A stretch of 64,000 nucleotides of DNA from Piromyces finnis finn (taxonomy: Eukaryota; Fungi; Neocallimastigomycota). Shown piece after piece: positions 27,154 through 37,581 of the stretch. Location of the stretch: positions 372,001-436,000 of the forward strand of contig MCFH01000017.1 in NCBI GenBank assembly GCA_002104945.1. The letters are read 5' to 3'. The notes beneath the pieces are model-generated. The model made no database searches. It was given only the letters and a program-made list of their open reading frames with translations, and was not told the DNA's origin. Within the stretch, counting starts at the first letter, position 1. Every line of letters starts with the position of its first letter. A program made the position numbers and the translations under genes.

Positions 27154-27640
27154 ATATCAATTACAATTCAAGGGAATGGAAAGAACTTTGTAAGCGTAAG
27201 ATTCAATCTGGTACTAACGAAGGAACACCATTCTTGACGGTAACCGCGGAACTTCTAACCAAAATCATGCCTTTTGCTATTGGCCAGCAATGGTCAATGT
27301 TCAAAAGGTTTGAAGCAACATCCAAGAGCGTCAATGCTGAAGAAACAGTAAGACAGGCCAGGAGGGCCAGCGCAACCAATGGAGATCATAATTTTGTCCC
27401 ATGATAAAATTTTGATCTTTGGCTCGGTGTCCCATTGGAAGTCAAATACAATTATTATACTTTAGTATGATAGTGGCTTTCTTACTTTAATTAAAATTAC
27501 TAGAATACATTATACCCAATTTTTATTCATTTGTGTTTATTTAAACATATTTTTTTTTATTTTTATTTTATTTTAATTTTTATATTACATGTATTATAAT
27601 TTTAATTAAATTAATAATAAAGTTTAAAATATTTGATGCC

Positions 27641-27678
<38 letters not shown>
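27154..27678 (+). mobile_element. 5'-truncated copy of LINE family A with poly(A) tail and TSD
   Basis: Near-identical to 32864-33370; poly(A) at about 27645-27678; TSD ATAAAGAATTATA at 27141-27153 and 27679-27691. Confidence 0.92.
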
Positions 27679-27681
<3 letters not shown>

Positions 27682-27691
27682 AAGAATTATA

Positions 27692-30600
27692 GGTATTATA
27701 ACTAATTCAATTGTGTTCCTATTTGTTTGAAAAATGGAATTATTCATTTTTAATGAAATGTTTCATATTATGTTCTATATACTTGAGAAAATCAAATTGT
27801 CCCTCTTGGGAACGTGCCTTCATTTATTTAATAAATGTAGTTTCTCAAGGGGGTCTACTCATGCTCATGGTACTGAGAGAGTAGAAAGAATTAAATCCAA
27901 GCATTGCGCAATGGATGCTTGGTTAGTCTTTAAGGGAAAATTATTAGGACTAAGCTCATGGTACTGAGCGATTATAAAACATTTTATTCATCGAATTTAA
28001 GTATTTGATGAATAAGTTGAATGTTTGATACTCAGGTAAGTTTGTATAGTATTTAATTAGAAGAGTAATACATTTTGTTGCTGTGTTTTTTTCTTTTATT
28101 CATGTATTCATGTAGTACTACTCATCTCTTGTAAGAATCCAATGTAGTCAACTTTAGCATTTGCATTGTATTTTTATATTCATGTAGCTATTGTTGTATT
28201 GTTTCTTGTAAGAGACTGATTCACTCTACATCATGTAAAAATACTATTCACAAGCTTTCTGGTGTCGACATTCTTGATTCAAATTTTATACCAATTTAAA
28301 TATTTAATGAAAAGTAAGTCAAACAAGTTTAGTGTCAAAATGCGAATCGAATTTACTAACAACAAACCAAAACTAGGATTTTTAAAGAAAATTTACAACT
28401 AGAATTCAAAAAAAGAAACTTTAAACAAAGCATCGTAACAATTTTTGTACTATCCAGTACTTTTAAGAAGAGAGAGAGAGACAGATTTTTTTCCATATAC
28501 GTTATATTTATAATTTTTATTAGTATTTATTTTATATTCAATATTTTTTAATTAGAATTTATTATCATGTCAGTCCTTTATATTAAAGATAAGAATTATA
28601 TCAGACGTGGTACCCGGTCTTATGGTATCCCCTTAGATGATATTCGCTCCTTCTTTATCCGTGGTATTCGATCATGGTCAGTAAATATGCTATGGGAAAA
28701 ACTCGAGGTTATTCTAGAAGATAAATTTAATTCAGTTATTAGTGTTAAATATTTTCAGACTTTCAATGATCACTTTTTCTTAGTCAAGGTTCATGGTTCA
28801 TCGAAAGATTGTATTAAAATCTTACACATGTTAAAGAAGAAACTTTCAGTTACCTCAATTTCCTTTTCAGCTCGTAGTAGAAGGAATCACAAATACACTT
28901 TTTCCACACTCAAACGTAAAATTTTAGTTTCTAATAAACATCAACATTCTATTCAACAATCATTTCAACAATCAGTTCAACAATCTCATCAACAATCCGA
29001 TCTTCAACAAGATCTTCAACAAGATCTTCAACAAGATCTTGAACAAGTTTCCCATCATGAAAATATTCCAGATCTACAGCAAACACAATTTCAATCTCAA
29101 CATTCAACAATTAATTCTAATAGCTCTATCAACTCTGATAACAGTTCAATAGTTGATAGTTCTTCAGTTTCACAGCCATCTAGTAATAGTTCTACTTATT
29201 CCTCTGATGCATCATCCATTAATAATGATGACTTTAATAATAGTAATAATAGCAACGATTCTTCCTCATCCAACAAGCCTGATAACTTTTCTTTTTGTCT
29301 TAGTTGGAACACCAATGGGTTGAATCACGAAAAGAGAGATAGTATTAGCTATTTCACAGCTATTTTCAAACCATTATTTTTATGTTTCCAAGAAACTGGT
29401 AATGGTTCTGGATCGAATACAGATTATCCTTGTCGTGTTACTTTGCGAAACTATAGACACTTTTTCAAGAAAGCTGATGAATCAGTTCCGGGAATGAGAG
29501 GTTTATATTTAGGTTTTCACAATTCGTGTCAAGCCTCACTTGAAAACTTCTCTGGAAAGTATATTATTTCTATTTATACTTTTAGTCTCTGGAATAGATT
29601 CAAATGCTCGATTGGAAATGTTTATATGCCTCATAGTCATCACAACATCTATGTTGATCATGCAAAGTTAGAAGTTCGCTTGTGGTTACAAACTCATTCA
29701 TCCCATCCATCGATTCTTGTTGGTGATTTTAATATGTCTAAAGTAAAATTATCCAACTGGTTATCAACTAATGGATTAGGAGATTGGGAAATTCTTCCGC
29801 TTAGAGGGTCTACTATCTCTTGGACTCGAGGTGATCAATCTTCCGACATTGACCATGCTCTTATCAATTCGAAGATGAAAGATCTTATTCACTCAGGATC
29901 ATTTATAAATAATTTTTATCCAATATCAGACCATAAGCCACTTCTTATTAATGGTAAAATTATTCCTATGAAAGATTTTTCTAATGACTTTAATGTTCCT
30001 AAGAAAATTCTGAAATGGAATAGATTAAAATGTATTGAGGAAAAGGAATCTATTCTCAGTCATAATAAATTCCAAATTCTTTCAGCAAAATTCAACGATC
30101 CTAATGTTTCTACAGATGAACTTTCCAAAGAGTTTACTTCAACTGCTTTTTCAATTGCAGACGAGCTCAGTATTACCTCAGCAAATAATGTTATAAAGTC
30201 TTCATTTCATATTTCAAAACAAATTTTTAATCTTCAAAAAATCAAAATGAAGTTGTATAAGAGATTTAAAAAAGAAAGAATTTATGATATAGTTGAATTT
30301 ATTAAAAGAATTAAAATCTACCGTAAGCTCATTGATTACATCCACAAAAGATGTAATGAATTTAGGAAGCAAGAATATCTTCATTGGATTAAAACAGGAT
30401 GTGAGTATATGAAGAGTCATAATCCTAAGAAGGCCTGGAAATGGATCAAGAAAACTGAAAAAATTGGAAAAGATTCTTTCTTTATTGCTCAACCAATTAA
30501 AAATAAAAATGGAGAATTAGTTGTTGCTACGGAAAAACAACTAGATGTGTGGCATGATCATTTCGAAAACCTTGCATCAGATCCAAGTGGTGTAAGTCTT

Positions 30601-33370
30601 GATTTAGAGCATTGGTATGAAGAACCAACGAATAAACGTTTTTCACTTCCTATGCTTGATGAGTGGGGTATCAACCAAGATATTAGTATTGATGAAGTCA
30701 AGTCAGCTATCCTCTCTACTCCAAATTATAAAGCATCAGGCCCGGATGGTATTCCAATTGAATTTTACAAAGCATTAATTCCATCAAGTAATGATTCTAA
30801 TAATGCTACAGATAATAATTCTTCCGGTAATACTACTTCAGATAATGATGCTCATGGTTTAAATTTTATTCTTAAATTATTCAACCGTATTTGGGATGGA
30901 GACTTTCCCAACTCATGGAATGAATCCAGTATTGTTTCTATTCCTAAGAAGGGAGATTTGACAGATTGTGATAACTATCGAGGTATATCACTTATCAATA
31001 ATGGTATTAAGTTGATTTCCAAAATTGTCACCACTAGAATTTCAGAATATGGTTTAAAGAATAATTTCATTAGACCTGAACAATTTGGTTTTCGAAAAAA
31101 GGAAGAAAGTATCAGTCTTTTCATTTCAATCCAAGAAATATGCCGTAGACGTCAATTAGATAATAAAGAGACATATTTGGCCTTTTTAGATCTCAGGAAA
31201 GCATACGATTCAGTCCCAATCGGTAATATTCTCCATAAATTAGATTGTTTAGGAATCCGAGGTAAGAGTTTACAATTTATCAAAAATTTATATTTAACAT
31301 CTAAGGCTAATGTCAAATTAGATGGACAATTCTCGAAATCTTTTGATGTGAAGAAAGGAGTCCGTCAAGGTTGCCCACTTTCGCCTATTCTTTTTAATCT
31401 CTTTATTAATGATATATTTAAAGAGTGCGAAGATCTCGGAGTCAGTTTAGGTGGCACTCGATGCTGTGGTGGACTTTTTGCAGATGATATAGTTATTTGT
31501 GCTCCAACAAGAGGATGCATAAAAAAGATGCTTAGAAGAGTTAATGAATGGGCCTTGTATAATGAAATGGAATTTGGTATCCAGAAATGTTCAACGATGG
31601 TGATTCGTCCTGAATCAATAGAAAATCAGAACAAGAGAGATCCAACATTTTACTTAGCAGGACAACCCATTCCAACTACTGATTGTTATACTTATCTTGG
31701 TGTTCCATTTGATAAGAATCTGTCCCTTAAACCAGTTATTAAAACTCTTAATAACAAGGTTTTGAAAGGACTTTTTTCAGTCAGTAAATTCTTAAGAAAT
31801 CCTAATATTCCTATTCCCTTCAAAAAGCTAGTACTTAACTCACAAGTGATTAGCAGAGTTTCATACTTTGCACCATTACTTGGATCCAACAAAGCTAGGT
31901 CTAGGATTGCTCAGAAGCATGTTAACAAAGGAATACGATGGATTACCGGAGTTCATAAAGCTGTATCGTTTATATCTTTATACTCTATCTCAAAAGATTT
32001 GAATATTCCTCCATTGTCAGCCAAATGTGCATTAGCTCAGGTTAGATGTTTTAACAAATGGAAAAACTCGAATTGTATTATCTCACACCTTGTCAATTAC
32101 ATTCCTAAATTTAGAAAATACACGTGGTGCAAATCAAGTAGGACACTTGATAAAAAACTAAAGAAGCATGGAGATGTTAAAGCAGTTAAAAACTTTTATT
32201 GGAAAGATCTCAAAGGGAATTCAATCAAAGCGCAATATTATGATGATAATAAATTTATTGAAACTAAAGATTTTATTAAATTATGTTATGAGTACCCAGA
32301 GTTTACCTATGGCTTCTACTGGCTATTGAAAGCAAGAAGCGGATACAAGTTGGATGCTAGAGTTGCCAAAGCTGCTAAATTTGTTGATCCAGTTTGTCCT
32401 AACTACTGTCCATGTTGCAAGTGTGGAGATCAAAGTATTAAACATTGGTTATTAGATTGTCCAACATTTAGAGATATCCGTATTAAACATTATGATTCTA
32501 TAGTCCATCTATTAAATTTTTTCAGTCAACGTAATTTCAACAGTCCCATCAATAATAATGAAAATATTAATATCAGTAGAGATAGCAATAAAAGTAATAG
32601 TAATAGTAACAATAGTACTAATAATATTAACAATAGTAATAGTAACAATAGTAATAATAACAATAATAATAATAACAATAATAGTAGTAGAAATAATAAT
32701 ATTAGTAATGATAGCAATGGTGAAGATAATAATTCTAATTTAGATAGTAATTTAGTTAATAATAGTAATAGTTCTAATAATCCGGTGAATACTAATGTGT
32801 ATGATTATTCTAGTGTGTGCAGTAAAATATTTAAATTCCTTCTTGGGGGAAGAAGTTTTAACAATATTAATTACAATTCAAGGGAATGGAAAGAACTTTG
32901 TAAGCGTCAGATTCAATCTGGTACTAATGAAGGAACACCATTCTTGACGGTAACCGCGGAACTTCTAACCAAAATCATGCCTTTTGCTATTGGCCAGCAA
33001 TGGTCAATGTTCAAAAGGTTTGAAGCAACATCCAAGAGCGTCAATGCTGAAGAAACAGTAAGACAGGCCAAGAGGGCCAGCGCAACCAATGGAGATCATA
33101 ATTTTGTTCCATGACAAAATTTTTAATCTTTGGCTCGGTGTCCCATTGGAAGTCAAATACAATTATTATACTTTAGTATGATAGTGGCTTTCTTACTTTA
33201 ATTAAAATTACTAGAATACATTATACCCAATTTTTATTCATTTGTGTTTATTTAAACATATTTTTTTTATTTTTATTTTTATTTTTAATTTTTTTTATTA
33301 CATGTATTATAATTTTAATTAAATTAATAATAAAGTTTAAAATATTTGATGCCGTTAAAAAAAAAAAAAA
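27692..33370 (+). mobile_element. Apparently full-length LINE family A (5' boundary uncertain)
   Basis: Intact ORF, T-rich 3' UTR ending GCCGTT then poly(A) at 33357-33370. No TSD could be identified. Confidence 0.85.
28567..33114 (+). CDS. Single-ORF LINE polyprotein: N-terminal domain, APE endonuclease, RT, C-terminal CCHC
   Basis: APE motifs SWNTNG, CFQET, ILVGDFN, IDHAL, SDHKP. RT motifs KKGDLTDCDNYRGISL, QFGFR, LDLRKAYDSV, GVRQGCPLSP, LFADD. Zinc motif CPCCKCGDQSIKHWLLDC. Confidence 0.95.
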   Translation: MSVLYIKDKNYIRRGTRSYGIPLDDIRSFFIRGIRSWSVNMLWEKLEVILEDKFNSVISVKYFQTFNDHFFLVKVHGSSKDCIKILHMLKKKLSVTSISFSARSRRNHKYTFSTLKRKILVSNKHQHSIQQSFQQSVQQSHQQSDLQQDLQQDLQQDLEQVSHHENIPDLQQTQFQSQHSTINSNSSINSDNSSIVDSSSVSQPSSNSSTYSSDASSINNDDFNNSNNSNDSSSSNKPDNFSFCLSWNTNGLNHEKRDSISYFTAIFKPLFLCFQETGNGSGSNTDYPCRVTLRNYRHFFKKADESVPGMRGLYLGFHNSCQASLENFSGKYIISIYTFSLWNRFKCSIGNVYMPHSHHNIYVDHAKLEVRLWLQTHSSHPSILVGDFNMSKVKLSNWLSTNGLGDWEILPLRGSTISWTRGDQSSDIDHALINSKMKDLIHSGSFINNFYPISDHKPLLINGKIIPMKDFSNDFNVPKKILKWNRLKCIEEKESILSHNKFQILSAKFNDPNVSTDELSKEFTSTAFSIADELSITSANNVIKSSFHISKQIFNLQKIKMKLYKRFKKERIYDIVEFIKRIKIYRKLIDYIHKRCNEFRKQEYLHWIKTGCEYMKSHNPKKAWKWIKKTEKIGKDSFFIAQPIKNKNGELVVATEKQLDVWHDHFENLASDPSGVSLDLEHWYEEPTNKRFSLPMLDEWGINQDISIDEVKSAILSTPNYKASGPDGIPIEFYKALIPSSNDSNNATDNNSSGNTTSDNDAHGLNFILKLFNRIWDGDFPNSWNESSIVSIPKKGDLTDCDNYRGISLINNGIKLISKIVTTRISEYGLKNNFIRPEQFGFRKKEESISLFISIQEICRRRQLDNKETYLAFLDLRKAYDSVPIGNILHKLDCLGIRGKSLQFIKNLYLTSKANVKLDGQFSKSFDVKKGVRQGCPLSPILFNLFINDIFKECEDLGVSLGGTRCCGGLFADDIVICAPTRGCIKKMLRRVNEWALYNEMEFGIQKCSTMVIRPESIENQNKRDPTFYLAGQPIPTTDCYTYLGVPFDKNLSLKPVIKTLNNKVLKGLFSVSKFLRNPNIPIPFKKLVLNSQVISRVSYFAPLLGSNKARSRIAQKHVNKGIRWITGVHKAVSFISLYSISKDLNIPPLSAKCALAQVRCFNKWKNSNCIISHLVNYIPKFRKYTWCKSSRTLDKKLKKHGDVKAVKNFYWKDLKGNSIKAQYYDDNKFIETKDFIKLCYEYPEFTYGFYWLLKARSGYKLDARVAKAAKFVDPVCPNYCPCCKCGDQSIKHWLLDCPTFRDIRIKHYDSIVHLLNFFSQRNFNSPINNNENINISRDSNKSNSNSNNSTNNINNSNSNNSNNNNNNNNNNSSRNNNISNDSNGEDNNSNLDSNLVNNSNSSNNPVNTNVYDYSSVCSKIFKFLLGGRSFNNINYNSREWKELCKRQIQSGTNEGTPFLTVTAELLTKIMPFAIGQQWSMFKRFEATSKSVNAEETVRQAKRASATNGDHNFVP

Positions 33371-34409
33371 TAAAAGTACTAAAGAATTAGAGAATATTAT
33401 TGGAATAATAGTAGCCTAAATAATGGAAGTAAAGACCTCAGATATACTATCAACAAATTCCTTAATTCAAATCGCCTAATGCTTATCGGTCTCAACAAAC
33501 CTCACTTAAATTTAGGAATTACCTGGATTATTCGTATTCGATGCGGTTATGAAAATACTACCCGAATTGCTATTGCCAGTAATAGAGTTACTCCTGACTG
33601 CCCTCGTGTCTGTCCATGTTGCGGATATGACGAACAACCTTTTTACCATTGGATTTTAGAATGTTCTGCATTCTCTGAATACAGAGCTTCTTCACTTAGC
33701 TTTCTTGACGAGATTTTTACCCTTTTTTACAATAAATATAAGAATCAATTCATCACATACTTACTCCCCGAAACGGAAGTAAGAAAAACAATTTATAATT
33801 ATATTTTTACGTTCCTTCTTGGTGGAACTTTAGCTTATGATGAGCTACAAATCGATAAGGCGAAACAAAGACATTTGAATGAACAGCTTTACAGTTCATC
33901 GGGGTCTCAAGTTCCATAGGTAGAGGGTCTCGCGGCTTTTCTTACTAAAACAATCCCTATCATTAGTAGCTCTATGAAGCTACTTTTTGATAGGTTTAGT
34001 AAGACACCTAACATAATCAAGAGCGCCGACATCGTACCGATATGACAAAGGAACATTCTCAGTGTTCCGTACACAGGGTTCAATGTTAGTATTTCTTCGA
34101 ATGAAAACATTATGAACTCATGGAAGAGTATAGTGGACACCACACTATCCTACCTGATGCTACTTCTTTTTTTTTATTTCATTTAATTTATTAGGTAGGG
34201 ACCAATCCCACACAGTACAAATTGCAGAGTTCATTGAACTTTTAAGCAACTTAAATAATTATTTTATATTATATTATTTATATTTATATTTTTATTTATA
34301 TATATTTATTTATTATATCAATATGTATTATCACCTAATATTATGTAATTCACAAATTAAATAAAAGATGTGTATTCTCTTCCTAGTCTAAAAAAAAAAA
34401 AAAAAAAAA
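33371..34409 (+). mobile_element. 5'-truncated, decayed LINE family B (ORF C-terminus, 3' UTR, poly(A))
   Basis: IREYYW..TWIIRIRCGY..CPCCGYDEQPFYHWILEC..FLLGG is collinear with the family A C-terminus. Premature stop near 33917; poly(A) at about 34390-34409. Confidence 0.85.
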
Positions 34410-34642
34410 TTATTAAAAATTTCTTGATGACGTTAAAAAAAAAAATATTAAGATCTCGTCTGATATATTCCTCCCATGTCTCATTACTCTTGGGCAAAAG
34501 AATCTTGTTCTCTGCATAAGAAACTTATAAAAATAAATATTAAAAGTACTAAAGGTATTAGAGAACATTATTGGAATAGTAGTAGTTTTAATAATGAAAG
34601 TAAAACCCTCAGATACTAATTCCTTAATTCAAATCGCCTAAT
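34410..34642 (+). mobile_element. Tiny family-A-like 3' end plus an internal family B fragment
   Basis: ttgatgacgttaaaaa resembles the A terminus ttgatgccgttaaaaa. 34446-34642 reads YIPPMSHYSWAKESCSLHKKL..IREHYW and overlaps in homology with 33371-33480. Confidence 0.65.
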
Positions 34643-35330
34643 ATTATAATTATCACAATTAAGAATTAAAGGCTTTTTATCTATAGGAGTTTGAGCAGTC
34701 AAACATTGATTTAAATTAATATTATAAATCCATACAGGTTTAACATTAGGATCAATTGTTGGAACACTTGTATTAAATATTGTTGTTGATGAAGTTTTAG
34801 CAATCGCAGATATTTTTACTTTGGAAACAGTAGTAGATGATTTTTTTTAACAGTAGTTGAAGTTTTTTGAATTATTACTATTGGTAATAGTAGTTAAAGT
34901 TTTAGCAATAGTAGTAGTAATTTTAGAATCTGATATACTGTACCAATCACCATTTTCATAACCCCAGTGACCATTCTCATCAGTATAGTAAAAATAGTAA
35001 TGTTTTCACCAGAGCACTATGAATAATCTAATTTTTCAGCAAGGCATTTATCACTTGAATTAGAAGTCCAAACATAAAACTTTTCATCACTATTTTAAAT
35101 ACACTTGTTTAAATTTAAAACGATTTTATCATTATACATATCATTAAGATTTAAAAATCCGATACATTTAATATTTGATAAAGATGAAATAAAGAAACCA
35201 CTACTATCGCATTTACCTAAAGCAAGAGAACCACTAGTAAAATTAGTAATATGTAAACAATAATTAGGACAGGCCATTGAATAGATGTAATCTTTAAACC
35301 ACTACTATTTCTAGTACTAGCTGATAAACA
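34643..35330 (-). pseudogene. Ricin-B-like / fungal dockerin (CBM10-like) / Ser-Thr linker pseudogene
   Basis: Reads CLHITNFTSGSLALGKCD..CLAEKLDYS*CSG..YYTDENGHWGYENGDW..T/S-rich linker..VWIYNINLNQCLTA, with stops and a frameshift. Confidence 0.75.
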
Positions 35331-36242
35331 AATTATTTCTAAATTAATTTAATAAATTTTATAAATAATTTTTCCAAACAATTATTTTATTATTAAATAA
35401 TTAATTATTAACTATTAATCTAAAGATATATATTATATCTTTACAAAAATATTAATTATTAATATTATCATAGTAATATATAACAGTTATAAATATAAAA
35501 ATTTAAGAATTAAAATAAAAAATAAAGATTAAAAAAAAAAAACTTAGCGAGTTTATTATAAAGATTTATAATAAACAATAAAACACAAAGATTTAAATTG
35601 GGTTTGAGGATATTAATTGATTATTATTATTTATTAATTATTGTTTCATTAGAAAAGTATTTTGTTTTATTATTTAAAAAAAAAAAAAAAGAAAGAAAAA
35701 ATGCATTTGTTTTATTTATTATAATAATAACTCTTGAATTTCTAAAGAATTTCAAGAGTGTCTTATTTATATTTTTATTTAAAAATAAGATTCATTAAAA
35801 TGGGTTCTAATCTTAACAAATGAAATGATTAGGGAAAGATTAGAAGAAGAGCCTAAATAAGATTTTCGATCAATATTCTAATCATATTGATCATTGTATA
35901 ATTTTAAATAAAATGTAATTACAAATTCTTTAAAAAGATAAATATAATTACCAAAAATAAATGTATAAAATAAATAATAAATAAATAAATAATTTATATT
36001 AATTAAATAATAAATTTATACTATTAATTAAATATATAAAAATATAATAAATTAATAAATAAAGAAATTTTATATTTTATATAAGTGTATATAAAATTAA
36101 TATTTTAAATAAAATATTAATATTAATTAAGTGAATGGAATACTAAACAATTGGATAATTTCTCAATAATAATTAAATGTATAAAAATATAGCAAATAAA
36201 TAAATTACATATTTAAAAATTGGTGTACATTTCAAATTAGAA

Positions 36243-36328
36243 CTTAGGCTATACCAAATGCACAAGTAATACTCCTTAATTAATTTAAGTGTAAACATTA
36301 AGGGGCGGTTGACACGTGATCAAATTGA
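36243..36328 (+). repeat. Repeat X (poly(A)-tailed, SINE- or LINE-end-like), copy 1, 5' piece
   Basis: ttaggctatacc..aaggggcggttgacacgtgatc is homologous to the reverse complement of 61695-61795 and 49817-49860. Confidence 0.7.
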
Positions 36329-37581
36329 TGATACAGATTAATTTTATGTAGAAGAATTTAACTTTAAATAATATATATTTTATTAATAACTTTACTTATT
36401 ACGTTCTAATATTTCTATTTTGTCTAAATACTAAAACGTTAATTCTGTCGTTGTTAATTATTAAACTTTTACTAAAAACAAGAAGCCTCCTTAATAATAA
36501 TTATTCCCTAGTCTATTTATGTAAGTGAAGCTGACTTAATAACTAATTTTCCAATTATAAGGCTAGAATTATATGGATTATACATCTACATTATTCTTTT
36601 ATATTAAATGTTCTTACATTTGTTATACATTTGTATTACATTCTTATACATTATAGAAATTGAAAAGCAAATTTAGGTTTGATAAAGTTTATTTATTATG
36701 TTTATTAAATTTAATTTAATAAAGGTAATTACAAAGATTTTAATAATACATTTACAATTTCTTTTTATACTAACCCTATCATCTACATATAGACCTATTA
36801 AACAAGTTAAAGAATTATCATGTAAAAGTTTTATAAATGTAAAACAGATTATAAAATTTTTTTTACAATAAAACAACAACACAAAATAAAGAAAAAACAA
36901 GAAAATAAATTATATTTAAAAAAATATCTCTTTTATTAATTTTATTTAGTTATTAACTAAATAATAGTCAATAACAATTACATCGTTTTAATCAAGAAAT
37001 TTTACATGTATTTATATTTTTTTGTAAATTATATTTTAATATACTATTCTATTTAATTATACATATATTCAATATAAAATAAACAAAACTAATTTAATAC
37101 TAATTTAATTAAATAATAAAATAATAAAACTAAACTAAAACTAATTAAATACACTTTTGATTCAATTTGAGTAAACTGCAAATTGAATACAGTCCATGTA
37201 TTACCTATATATTAATTAAATATTAATAATACTATTTATTATATATTTATAATTAAAAATACTAATTTAAAACTACGCTAAAGTTATTAAACTAATTTTA
37301 ATTAAATAAAAACTTTTTAAGATTTAATTTGAATATTTAAAATATTTAAATTTAATTATCCATTAATTTAAATATTTATCCAAATTTCATTTCTAACTTT
37401 GATATTTTAAAATTAATATTTATTTAATTATTCCATAAAATTTATACAATAAATTTTATAAACAATTTTTTCATTAAAATATCAAAATTATTATTCAATA
37501 ATTATTAATTAATTATTAAATAATTTAAAGATATACTTTATATCTTTACAATCTCGCCCTTTAAGTCGAGCTCCTGCGAGA

